Assembly (NCBI GenBank): GCA_951406725.2
Contig: OX597817.1
Span: 125,984,001-126,048,000 of the forward strand
Length of the DNA: 64,000 bases
Source of the DNA: Octopus vulgaris
Lineage: Eukaryota
Direction: 5' to 3'
Shown: positions 1-12,094 of the stretch, piece after piece
Layout: every line of letters starts with the position of its first letter
Numbering within the stretch: the first letter of the stretch is position 1
The notes under the pieces: model-generated
Database searches by the model: none
What the model was told of the DNA's origin: nothing
What the model saw: only the letters and a program-made list of their open reading frames with translations
Made by a program: the position numbers and the translations under genes

Positions 1-1203
1 ATGAAAATTTTCAAAAACTTTTCAAACATTTTGATGAAAATTTTCAAAAAACTTTTCAAAAATAATGATGAAAATTTTCAAAAATCTTTTCAAAAATCAT
101 GATGAAAATATTCAAAATATTTTCAAACATTTTGATGAAAATTTTCAAAAAATTTTCAAATTCTCAAAACACTTTTTAAACATTTTGGTGACAATTTAAA
201 AAAATGTTCAAACATATTTTTGAATATATTTAAAAATCTTTCCAAAATTTTAATGAAATTTTCAAAAACTTTTCAAACATTTTGATGAAAATTTTCAATG
301 AATTATCAAAAATTTTGTTTTAAATTTTCAGTAAAATTTTCTAAAATTTTGGTGTAAATTTAAAAAAAACTTTTCAAAAATATTGATGGAAATATTCAAA
401 AATCTTACCAAAATTTTGATGAAAATATTCAGAAAGTTTTCAAAAATATTGATGAAAAGTTTCAAAAACTTTTCAAACATTTTGATGAAAACTTTCAAAA
501 AAATTTTTCAAAGATTTTGATGAAAATTTTCAAAATTCATTTCAAAAATATTGATGAAAATTTTCAAAAAAGTTTCCAAAATTTTAATGAAAATTTTCAA
601 AAATTTTGATGAAAATTTTCAGAAAATATCAAAAATCTTGATGAAAATTCTCTAAAGATTTTCAGAAATTTTCCAAAGTTTTCAGAAAAATTTTTTCAAA
701 AGCCTTTTCAAATATTTGATGAAAATTTTCAAAAAAACTATTCAAAAATCATGATGAAAATTTTCAAAATATTTTCAAAAATTCTGATGAAAAGTTTCAA
801 AAAACTTTTCAAAAATTTTGATGAAAATTTTCAAAAATTTTCAAAATATTCTCCAAAATTTTGATGAAAAATTGTCAGAAAAGTTTTCAAAAATTTTGAT
901 TTTTTCAGAAAAATTTCCAAAATTTTGATGAAAATTTTCAGAAAAATTTTCTCAACTTTTTCAAAAATTTTGATGAAAATTTAAAAAAAACTTTTCAAAC
1001 ATTTTGATAAAAATTTTCAGAAAATTTCCAAAACTATTGATTAAAATTTCAAAAATCTTGATGAATGTTTCGAAAAAATCTTGATGAATGTTTCGAAAAA
1101 ATATTGATGAAAATATTCAAAAATCTTTCAAAAATTTTGATCAAAATTTTCAATAAAATTTTCAAAAATTTTGGTGAAAATTTTGAGAAGACTTTTCAAA
1201 AAA
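1..1203. repeat. Degenerate AT-rich satellite, ~33-34 bp monomer (ATGAAAATTTT-CAAAAACTTTT-CAAACATTTTG) made of three ~11-bp subunits
   Basis: Successive monomers are readable from base 1 (33, 34, 34, 33 bp). The palindromic core TGAAAATTTTCA recurs throughout. The array runs off the left edge of the window. Confidence 0.9.
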
Positions 1204-1697
1204 CTTTTTCTTTTTTTTTCTAGTTTCAGCTCAGAGCTGCGGCCATTTTGCACCGCCGTTTTGTGCTACACTGTTATTACGACGAACCTCGTCTAATATG
1301 TGGCACTTGTTGAAGAATGGTAGTTTGATATAGCTACTCTCATTTGCACCTCTTCCGATTCTCAAGCGTTGCGAATGTTTATTGGTTTATTGAGCAAAAA
1401 GATCTAAAGCTCCACGAAGCTCCGGCTGGGGGTGGTGGAACCCCCTTCTGTACAAATTACTCTTGACAGGAAGATGTCCAGCTTTGATTATAAAACCGCT
1501 ACATCCACTTTGTGCAAATTCCTCAGACTCTTTGGGAGATTAATAAAAAGCTGAGGGCCCTTGAAACCCAGGCTGTTGCAGAAGCTGGTCCTGAAGCATG
1601 ATGACATTGCTGGGATCTTTGGCACTATGCTGTGTCGTCCCGTTCTAGCATTGGTGTAGCTTACAATGCCAAAATTTGGCACAATTCTTTCCAGGAT
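1204..1697 (-). mobile_element. 5'-truncated 3' end of a CR1-type LINE (related to the 32213-35420 family), inserted in the satellite
   Basis: ORF 1488-1721(-) ILERIVPNFGIVSYTNARTGRHSIVPKIP...CNSLGFKGPQLF aligns with ILEGLAPNFGIQSYPNRRTGRHCIVPKIP...CNSLGFRGPQLF in ORF 34814-35293. On the minus strand it ends in GGCGGTGC..ATGGCCGCAGCTCTGAGCTGAAAC plus an A-rich tail. Confidence 0.9.
1353..1455 (+). repeat. ~103-bp repeat fragment (probable SINE piece) nested in the LINE fragment; inverted copy of 2594-2696
   Basis: Its reverse complement matches 2594-2696 with 5 substitutions, counted by eye. It replaces about 25 nt that are present in the longer LINE copy. Confidence 0.8.
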
Positions 1698-1897
1698 GAA
1701 AATATTCAAAAATCTTTCCAAAATTTTGATGAAAATTCAGAAAGTTTTCAAAAATTTTGATGAAAATTTTCAAAATATTTTCAAAACTTTTGATTAAAAT
1801 TTTCAAAGTACTTTTCAAAACTTTTCAAAAATCATGATGAAAATTTTCAAAATATTTTCAAAAATTTTGATGAAAATTTTCAAAAAACTTATCAAAC
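1696..1897. repeat. Continuation of the A4T4 satellite after the LINE insertion
   Basis: The same TTTTGATGAAAATTTTCAAAA units resume immediately after the LINE junction. Confidence 0.9.
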
Positions 1898-1899
1898 AT

Positions 1900-2553
1900 C
1901 TCTCACATGTCCCCCCCAAAAAGCAGTTCACAAAAGCAGTCCACCAAAAATTAAAACCGAAATTAAATAAAGGAAAACAATATAAAAGAGAAGGTAAAAA
2001 AACTGAAATTAAAATAATGAGAAAAAGAATGAACCGAAACTTAGTGAGAAAGGGAAAATATTAGAAAAGAAGTAATAAAAAGAAAACTGCATACAAATAG
2101 GGCAGGGCTCTGTATAATACTCTAACAGGTAAATACAACAGTCAGGGTTCTTCTCGATAGTACTCCAGTTAGGTAAACTCCACTGAGTGCCACTTTTTCT
2201 AACGAAATACACCCACCAGAATGTACAAGTTATTTGGCGAAAAATTTCACACAGGCGAAAGAAGTTTACAAAAAATTCTCAGTCTACCGTTATGGCGACG
2301 AGAACAGTATTTTTGCTCACTAGAGCGAGCTACAATTTAAAGCCGCCAAGGCAGACGAAATCACACCAGAGCTAGGTAGGGACTTACTGAAAAAAAAAGA
2401 AAATACACAATAAATTCCTACCCAGCTTGGAAGACGAAAAAAACGTCTCACTTTGACGACTTTTCTTTTCGTTTTTTTCTATTCACGGAGCCAAAGCTCG
2501 CGTCTTCTCTCTCTGTAAGTAACAGGCCAACTAGCGACGCATGAGCCGCTCTT
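1900..2553 (-). mobile_element. Unassigned repeat segment, possibly the 5' UTR of a non-LTR (Tx1/L1-like) element
   Basis: Abrupt junction with a SINE-A head at ~2553 and a T-rich minus strand. No coding motif is visible, so the family assignment is inference only. Confidence 0.3.
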
Positions 2554-2588
2554 AAGCAAGCTACTTACCACACAGCCACTCCTGCGCC
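2553..2588 (-). mobile_element. SINE-A tRNA-like head fragment (A-box part only)
   Basis: Minus strand GGCGCAGGAGTGGCTGTGTGGTAAGTAGCTTGCTTA closely matches the first ~36 nt of the SINE-A copies at 13677(-), 38125 and 63430. Confidence 0.85.
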
Positions 2589-2593
2589 TAATC

Positions 2594-2707
2594 TTGTACA
2601 GGAGGGGGCGCCACCACCCCCAGCCGGAGCTTCGTGGAGCTTTAGATGTTTTTGCTCAATAAACCAATAAACATTCGCAACGCTCGAGAATCGGAAACTG
2701 CGATCCC

Positions 2708-2708
<1 letters not shown>
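2594..2708 (-). repeat. Repeat fragment (probable SINE piece with B-box-like GTTTCCGATTC); inverted partner of 1353-1455
   Basis: Direct sequence comparison with 1353-1455. Confidence 0.75.

Positions 2709-2782
<74 letters not shown>
2709..2782. repeat. (ATT)n microsatellite
   Basis: Perfect ATT run. Confidence 0.98.
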
Positions 2783-3320
2783 CAGATCAGTGAGTTTAAA
2801 TCGAAATATTGCGCCTAGTGAAGTTAGCATGAATACGCAGCTATATCTTGACACATTTACATCTGAAAGCTGAATGTTTTCCACACCATCAGTAGTTGCG
2901 TAGGTCTTTTAATAATCCCGAAATGACAGCGCAGTATCCAGCGAAAATCTGAATTAAGTTGGCTTGATAGCTTATGCAGAGGACAGGATACGAGAAACAG
3001 GAGCATCATTTAAAACGCAAAATATTCGAACATTGCCCTCAATCCTAAAGATTAAAACACTGTATAAAAAATACAAACAAAATAGCTATGGGAACCTGTA
3101 GCATAAATTGCGGTGTGACATTTAAAATAAACTGTCTTTAATTGCATTACGTAACTGCAATTAAAATTATACGTATTTTTTCGAAATTCGTTACCAGAAT
3201 TAAATCAAAATATGCTACAAAAGCAAAACGTAAAGAGGTAATGGAATTCTCAAATATTATTCTTTCGTACACAAAGTATTTCTATGTATTCATATATGTG
3301 TTTGTGTGTGTGTATGCAGA

Positions 3321-3370
<50 letters not shown>

Positions 3371-4853
3371 TGCATCTATAATGCTTCATTGCAGATTTAC
3401 AATAAACCTAGAGAAAAACGTGTTCCTTATTATGCCTATATTATTAAGCCTAAGCGACATTTGAAATTAAACCACATTCTCTATTCCCAAAGTGATTGAT
3501 GCAGTATGCTGTATAAGCCCCACAAAGAATGAAAAAAAAATTATATAACTAGAGAGTAATGGTTTTTGAAGGAGAAATTTCCACATATTAATTAAACATT
3601 AAAACAGAATCGCTCTATTCCAAATATGTCAAACAAATTCACGAGGATATAGGCATTTTTATGAATATGATTGCATAAAATGAGATGCCCATGGGTATGA
3701 GGTAAATACTCGGTATATTAAACTGTAATGAGATATCTTAATAAACGAACTATGAAATGGAGAAAGTCTGCAAACAGCATTCAGCAGATGATAATTCAAA
3801 TATTGATCAGAGTGTTCATGTGACCATATGCAAGCAAGAGGGAATTCGATATAATTATAATAGTTGTTGTAAGATACATACGTATCTCATAGAATAAATA
3901 CATGCAGTGAATTCATACCACTCTGTTTGCACAGTATGTGAATATTTCTTTATCGGTTCTTAACGTAACGTTGTTGTATCTATTGATGTTCCTTTATTAT
4001 TACTTCTCATACGCATAAACAAAATAACACCTTACATATAACAATACACTCTATTTACACACTCAAACACTAGTATATTGTTCATGTATCCGGGATTTTG
4101 CTGCTATACTTGTATATGAAAATTGTTGGACAGTATAGCAAAATAGATAAATGGATTATATGCCTGATTAACAAGCCCTCATTGCATAATCAATGTTCTA
4201 CATGATATATGTCACATACACACTCTTACTTTAATATAACAACTGTTACTGTTTTGCGTTTCTCATTTTACTTAGAATCTTACCACTGCAATATTACTAT
4301 GCAAATGCTTTCAGTCAGATCCAATCTCTTACGTTACATACTCTATAATTCTTTCACTATGCTCATTGAATAAACAGTTTACAATTACCCTACGTCCCTT
4401 TGGAAGCCTGTCTTGGTCTATGCTTGATTTATGCTTGCCTTTCGTGTAACAGCATAGGGAATTTACTATGTTCATTAATTGAATTAGCCTAATTCACCCC
4501 CTACCTTATAATGTAAAAACATTTAAATGGGTGTTTGCTCTCCTATATATTCTCTTTCATAAGTATTACATAAATTTATGGTGTTGTATTGTATACAAGG
4601 GAGGATGTTTCCACTGAATTACGAAACATTTCATACAAAAATATAATTCTTTCTTTTAAATTCAAATTCAATCTAATTTCAAATACAGCGTCTGGTAGTA
4701 TTACCAATGGGTCAAAAATATTATTCCAAATCAAACACTTATAGCCATTCATTCTGTTAATATATGTAAACAATGTGTTGTATGTAAAGGCCACTGTCTG
4801 TCTGTTGCTCATCCCTCTCTCTCTCTCTAAAATAATACATATATGAATGTGTA

Positions 4854-4858
<5 letters not shown>

Positions 4859-4930
<72 letters not shown>
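4859..4930. repeat. (TA)n microsatellite, one example of >25 similar tracts in the window
   Basis: Perfect TA run. Others occur near 3325, 7980, 12050, 13140, 13470, 14866, 24340, 30517, 35503, 38310, 40336, 56767, 57398 and 61499. Confidence 0.98.
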
Positions 4931-4932
<2 letters not shown>

Positions 4933-5062
4933 GCATACATACATATATATGTTTCTGTGCGTGGTGTATGTATAGAAATCACCAAGGTGACATAATAACT
5001 TGACAAAAGCCAACCTGAAATCCTTCATCATATCGATATTGTTGACAAATGCTTTTCTTTTA

Positions 5063-5921
5063 CTGAAAGGTGCATTCAAGAATATTCGAATATTCTTGAC
5101 CTTTTCAGGAGAGGCATTAATTAATTTCATAGAAATACAAAACTCTAGCCTTCTTCAGAGTAGAATCCTCTGATTTAATACGCTAATACCGCGCTAGCCA
5201 TTTCGTAATATCCCCATGGAATTTCGGTATAATAATGGTATACTGGACTCTTGGCATAGTCTCCTTCATCTTCTCCTGCAGTTTGCAATATCACTGGGAA
5301 CAAGATATGCATTCCAAGCTGGGTGATGGCGATATCTGTCGGGAAATTGGCTACAAGAATGGAATTGTGGATTTGTGTATTGTGGTGGTGCAGGTGCACT
5401 ATCTTTTAACAACAAAATCTCTTTCCGAAATCACTCAAAACATCCATAAAGTACTCTCTATTGACCGTTTGACCAGAGGGAACTCAGTGGATGTAGATAA
5501 TGATCTTACGGTCAAAAAAGAGGATCGTTATGTGTTTCGCAACGGGCTTGTTTTACCTGACCACTTAAGCTAACGATAATCATAGGTTTGAGACATACAC
5601 GTAAATCCATAGGTCTTCTGAAGCAATTTATAACATTCTGTTGATTTTTTTGCCCATTTTGACACAAAACCTTATTTCATAGCAAGTTCCTAAATTATCT
5701 TCACACATTTGCATTCTTCAAATTAGTCAGCTGTGTCAAATAGTGTTTAGCATGATGTTTTCAAAATGCTGTTGCAAATGTCTCCTTTAATCTGAAACAA
5801 TCCAAGTCGGCACATCAGCTTGTCAGATGTTTAGTAAAGATAAATTAAAATTTCAATAGTCCAGGACAGTTAAAACTGCCTCTCCTGAAACAGTATGAAA
5901 ACTTTTGGAATGCACTTTATA
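5063..5921 (-). mobile_element. Old, internally deleted mariner-type DNA transposon
   Basis: Inverted termini AAGGTGCATTC...TTTCAGGAGAGGCA (5067-5116) and TGCCTCTCCTGAAA...GGAATGCACTTTATA (5877-5921). The minus strand gives HHPAWNAYLVPSD, a decayed HPxYSPDLAPSD, followed by remnants of the C-terminal EEMKE...FHG..TKWL...RG.Y.E segment. Confidence 0.75.
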
Positions 5922-8900
5922 AATATTGGTCTACAATAGGGATGACCGAAATTGCTTAATGTGAGAGCTACGTCCAATAAAGTTTAGTTGTTTGAGCGCC
6001 GTATGACATGAAATAAATTGTCTTTTTTTTCATGTAACTTAGCTCGATAAAATAAGTACCACACTTGACAAAATAAGAACTGAGATTGCAGGTATCAATT
6101 AAAAACTTGTAAAGCGTGGCTCTATTATGGCCGCAGTCTAAAGCGAATAATATATATGTACACGGAAAGAGAGAAATGAATATATGTGTATAGAAGTGCC
6201 TAGTAAAAATAAGGAAAAATAAGCGAAAGAGCAAACTTATAAAATTAGGGGTTCCTTAATAACTTAGGAGTAATATTGTATGACAAACGGGCAATGCAAC
6301 ACATGTTAGTCTGTTAAAGTTACTATTTACTGTTAGTACAAGTCGTGTGGGTTTTCATCTCGATCATTGTGTTTGAAAATGTTGGCATGTACGAACGATT
6401 TCTGTCAGCTAATTTCATAAATTTCCTTACAGTGTACAGTGATTTACAACATACACCAGTACGTTGAGCTGCAAAAATGAGTCACACACCATGTTTCTTC
6501 ACTCCAGGGTAGTTGACTTCAGTAACTTAATTCCAAAACTGTGGTGTAGTCTGGGATTTATGGATCATGATTTGACCTCCTCTAATTCAATTAGTTCAAT
6601 TTCTACAGCATATGGTTCCGTGTCGAGGGGTTTACAAATTGAGTAACCATCATTGCGTATTGGGTAACCAAGAAGTGATTGACCAGAGGATGAAGTAAGG
6701 TTTCATCTTCAGCAAATCATCAAATTTGGCTTCGAAATTATCAAGCACTCCTTATAGTTTATGCTTGTATTTTTCCAGGGAATAAAGTTACTCTTTCTGA
6801 GATTGGGCAAGCGCCTGAAATTTGTTATCAATATGTCTCTCTGAAAAACTTATTTTACTTGAAAAGTTGAAAGCTGTCTAAGTAAGATAAGCTATAATCT
6901 TATCTTTACCCTGCACTGGTTTGAGAGATGAGCTCTTCTGTAGTGCGGCGTGGTCTGATACTTGAGCAATTAGTTGCTGAAGTCCTCTGTTATTTGATTC
7001 TAACAATGCAAAAATTGTAGCTACATGCTTTTAGATAAATTCGCCATCAGAATATGAGCGTTTAGCCCGAGCAACATTCCACAATATAGTAAAACTGGCT
7101 TCAGTCTTCGTAACGGGTTCCTTGCTGAACATTCCCAAAAGTAACTATTGGTCATTTAGTGGTCTTTCAATGGTGTTAACTTGTTTGTCCTTTATTCTAA
7201 TTTAAGCTGATCATAAAATATTTTGGTGATTTGTTTCATAGTGGTGTTTCACGTTGCTTGCTTTGTAATGACTGAGTGAAATATGCCAATAAGCAAAATG
7301 CTTTACTATTTTTATTGATGCATGCAAAATGCTTCTCCAAATTTGGCATGAAATTTCTGTTTTCATTTTCATATCTTCGTGTCTTACAAGTCGATGACAC
7401 GGTGTTCCTTCGCAAGTTCTTCATCGACACTCATAATTAAAGGACTATATCCAAAATCTATCGACTAAGTATGAACGGGTTAAAGGCTTTTATTTAACTG
7501 CATTAACGTACAAGATAGGAGTGCGGTGACGACTAGACTAATGAAGCCCATATCGTGTCCGTGCACACAAATGTTTAACCCTCTTCCTAATCTATGCATA
7601 TATTTATCTATGCTATGTACGTATATTTATGTATATATATATATACGTGCGTACCTGCGTATATGAGTTTCTATACATATATATGTATATATTCGTCCAT
7701 ACGTGTGCGTATGCGCGTATATCTAGTTGTATGTATATACCCATATACTTGGATATGTGTGAGCGCGTTCCGTATATATATATAGATATATATATATCCG
7801 CAAACACCCACATCATATAGGAATACACAAATTTACAAACACAAGCACACACACATACAAACACATAGACATGCACACATACATATGTAATCAGAAGCAA
7901 GTAAGGCAAGTCGATTTATGAAATACATATATATAAAGTTTAATAGTTCTAAAATAATAAATTTCCTGAATGAAGTTGCATATATATATATATAATTGCA
8001 TGTATGTGCATATATATATATATATGTATGTGTGTGCATATATATATATATATATGTATGTGTGTGCATATATATATATATATGTATATATGCATATTTA
8101 TATAAGAATATAGTTTACATATATGCACCTTAGGTTAAATAGAAATCCAGTCTCATATAGAGACCGTTGCATTTTTGTCAGTAAATCTTAATGTAAAACA
8201 ACCCAGGCAATCAAATATGCATTCACAAACATTTAATCAAGCATACGTATATATAAACCTACATTAACATCTGTGTATTAATGAGTAAATATAAGAATTT
8301 ATCTGTTATATAACTCGTATATGATATATTTAACCTGGAACACTACGTATGTTTTGGACTTCCAACTATTATATTCATCAGTGATCTGTTTTTGCATATG
8401 GTCCCTACTGTCTAAAATTATTAGAAGCTTACCTGCATGAAAATAATTCACTTTCTCTGTGTCTGTCTCTCTTCCTCTCTTTCTCTCTTTCTCTCTCTCT
8501 CTCTCGGTTATGTAGAATTAGGATTCCCGGAAATAGTCGATATATTGGTACTATTCACGTCAGCAGTTTTTAGTTTATAGAACATAATTCTTCTTCGTGT
8601 TGAACATTTCTCAAGTTTAATGAATAACTTTGGCAGTGTTCGATTATAAAATTCAACCACTTGTTCAACAAAGTTTTATGTGGATTCAACTACAAATGTA
8701 AATTCCGAAAGATGTCTCTTTCTTCCTATCATAGCTGAAGATCGACATTATTTAACTTTGTGAAATAATGTGTGTCTGCGGTTGGTTTTTAAATCTTTCC
8801 ATCGGAACTGAATTATATCCATGATGATATCGCTTCATTTACTGATATACGAAAAACTGCAAATTCCAGAGATCACACGACTTGCTAAAAAATGCAACCA

Positions 8901-9544
8901 AAGAATTCACAGTGGATAAACTTGAAAACAGAGGGAAAAGTAATTTATGACGAATGCTTTGACACTTAGTGCTCTCCGGAATGATTAAATTTCCATAACT
9001 GCAGATAGATTTCGTCAGCCGGAGATAACTTGGAGTTAAACCACAAAAGCATATTTATTGCCACTGATACTAATACTGAAATAAACTACAATATCAATCT
9101 GGGAATAGTTTCTGCTAGTACCATTGGTCTAGACCAGATCTCACGTAATCATATTACCAGAATGTTGTATAGAAACTTCATTGCGCATTCAACTAAATAT
9201 TTATTGTTTGTCTATGCACAATAGAGTAAAATCGATTTGTCTTGTATGATCTGGAGAAATGTAATTGAACATAAACGAATATCATACGATCTTAAGCGCT
9301 GAAAGTTTTCACATGCACAACTGTTCATCTTCAATTTGCTAATGGACTCAACAGATTTCTCTTTAATATATTCAAAGAGACTTAAACACCCTAATAAATT
9401 TGCTTAATGAAGTTGCATTAATTGTCAAGGTTGAATGAAATTAGAGGGGAACTTTCAATTTTAGAACTATTAAACGTGATTAACTATTGTCTGGTTTTTA
9501 CTGTAATGGTTATTATTAACACTATTATTAATATAATTATGGTA

Positions 9545-9554
9545 ATTATTATTA

Positions 9555-9601
<47 letters not shown>

Positions 9602-9672
9602 GATTATTATTATTATTATTATGATTATTATTATTATTGTTATTGTTGTTGTTGTTGTTGTTGCTATTGTTG
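9545..9672. repeat. Compound (ATT)n/(GTT)n microsatellite
   Basis: Direct reading. Confidence 0.95.
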
Positions 9673-10330
9673 TCATCGACATCATCGTAATTATTACCAT
9701 TATATTTGATATTGGTTGTAGCTATTTCATGCGAGTTTTCACTGCACCACCAGGTGCAACATCTTTTCCATAGTGTGTAGGCAGCATTGTAGTTTCGGAA
9801 TTTATAATTGCACTTGTATATTACATCACTTTTGTGCATTTTCATTTACTGTTGTGATGCTACATAAATATTGCGTCTACTTGTGGAGAATATATGACGT
9901 GTCAGTTGTTTTCGTTCATTGGAAAGGTGATCATTTTCCTTTTATAACTGCTTTATTATGCAGTGATGTTCGTGTATTACAGAGGCTGTGGTTTTTAGTG
10001 ATGCCGTCTTAACAACAGCACCACATGGATATACACACTTCGACTGCGCCTCAAAGTCCTTCGCGTACTAGATCTGTATAAACACAGATTACTACTCTGC
10101 TGATGCTCCAAATTCCCAGCAGGATCATGATGGGTAGCGTCATACTATTGGACCAGATACTGTGTTGCGTATTTATTAATTAACTACATATCAATCCTTA
10201 CAGAAGAGATCTATATTCCAACGCATTCCACAAATAACCTTCTCCAAATCGTTTCCAAGCGAATATATGAAGAATTACATCGTAATGGAAAATATTATTT
10301 CCCAAAATTTTGCGTGGCATTGACGTAGAG

Positions 10331-10899
10331 CGGTAATTCCCAATGTGGAGCATACATACCACAGCTGCAGCCTGGAAAAACTGTACTTAGGCGTAGGATC
10401 TTTTATTTTGTGAGACATGGAGTTGTAAAAATCGTTCCTTTTTCTTAGTCAATAATGTACACGTTTGTACTCAGTACTTTAAAAAGTTACCGGTACATTC
10501 TTTTGTTTTAATTAGTTGTGGTAAAATATTAAAAATATAGCAATAATAAATCTCTGAACGAGATGTAAACAGTAACCGCTCGACAACGTAAAGTATACTA
10601 GCCATCTCAATATGCCTAACCAATAAGGGTGGGTGTTACTGTAGCTTTTAGCCCCAAGAGATCATCGTCTCCAGCTGACTTTAGGCACATTTTGCAAATA
10701 CCATAAGGGCGCAGAAAGTGTGCCCAAAGCCAGCTGGAGACGATGATCTCCTGGGGCTAAAAGCTACAGTAACACCCAACCTTAGTGGTTAGCCATATTG
10801 AGATGGCTAGTATACTTTACATTAAAAATATAGTTTTTCCCCAATCGCCGGTAGAAATTTATAGTGGTGACCGAGGGGAAAACTGGTTGGGAAACACTG
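10331..10899. mobile_element. Non-autonomous hAT (Charlie-like) element, degenerate
   Basis: Left CGGTAATTCCCAATGTGG and right GGTTGGGAAACACTG resemble the CAGTGnTTCCCAA hAT TIR. Flanks ACGTAGAG / GCATAGGA resemble a decayed 8-bp target duplication containing TAG. Confidence 0.6.
10585..10823. repeat. ~240-bp near-perfect palindrome (foldback/MITE-like) nested in the hAT element
   Basis: Arm 10585-~10697 (GTAAAGTATACTAGCCATCTCAATATG...CCAGCTGACTTTAGGCACA) is the reverse complement of ~10710-10823, with roughly ten differences and a ~13-15 nt loop. Confidence 0.95.
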
Positions 10900-11878
10900 G
10901 CATAGGATATCAATAATATTGGTTGGTTATGGTGTATAGAGTATGTTATAATATCGGATATCTTATTATAACAGTTATATTGTGCTATTTTATAAGGATA
11001 TGTCTATGTGGAATATATGCTGTATATGTTGTGGAGATTTTATTTGGTAGTAATTATGTAGAATATTTACTTTGTGATTTGTGTTGGTTCGTAGAGTAAT
11101 GACTATGTACAGTATTTTCGATGCAGCGTTTGTATTTTATGACTGAAACTATGAACTTCAAATTGTATTCTGTAGCATGTAGTCAGTGTTTATGAAATAT
11201 TATTTGAGCAACGATAAATTTATAAGGCGAATATGTTATATTTTTTGTTGAAACCAAGTACTCATTTATTATTGATATGATTTTTTTATAAGTTTTACCC
11301 TTTATTACTGATGCGAATTTCTATTTCAAGCTTTTGTGTTTTTTATCTCGATTTCTTTTCGAGTGATGTGATCAGAAGGGACTGGAATGTATAGCATAGT
11401 ATTTGGTGTCCTATTGCTGTCTTTCACAGGTACATCTAGGATAATCATATAAAGCTCCTTGCTTGTCAGTCTAAAATAGCATTTCCCAGACAAATGTCAC
11501 CTGATCGCTACAACGAAAACTTAGTTATATGCTTATACAATTATATGCTTATACAAATGGTAACGGTTCTTAGATTTGCAGAAAAATTGAATTTGAAAAA
11601 ATAAGCAGCCATAGAAGATATGGCTATTTGTTACATTGATGAAATTATTGTACATGTGATAAAATCATTAAATAGTATGACAGATGTTGTTTCTGAAAAA
11701 AGTTAGCCCACTTTAACTGCTCAATTTCAAAAGAAGGAAAATAAAAACAAATGCCACCAATAAGATTAATTTATTGCCGAGCATATATTTCTATTAACAG
11801 CTGAAAGATAATATTGCGTGGGAAAATTTAAACCACCAAGTGAAATCATCAACTACGTATGAATACACTCGCACCCGA

Positions 11879-12042
11879 AGACACGAGTGGCTGTGTAGTA
11901 AGTAGCTTGCTAACCAACCACATGGTTCCGGGTTCAGTCCCACTGTGTGGCACCTTGGGCAAGTGTCTTCTACTATAGCCTCGAGCCGACCAAAGCCTTG
12001 TGAGTGGATTTGGTAGACGGCAACTGAAAGAAGTCCGTCGTA

Positions 12043-12094
<52 letters not shown>

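Noticed and set aside
1-1897. CRISPR-like array or coding repeat (ORF 1834-2064)
   Set aside because: No unique spacers and no cas genes, in a eukaryotic context. The ORF is just translated satellite.
6400-7250. Possible minus-strand L1/Tx1 RT remnant (FAED- and LLGYPI-like snippets)
   Set aside because: Too decayed to support with ordered motifs by eye.
8341-8385. Third hammerhead (minus strand CA-CTGATGA...CAAAAC-ATAC-GTA-GTG)
   Set aside because: The GAAA box is mutated and stem II does not pair. At best a dead relic.
11879-11955. tRNA genes at SINE heads (also 13600-13677, 38125, 57727, 63430)
   Set aside because: A and B boxes are present, but there is no proper cloverleaf and each continues into a SINE body.
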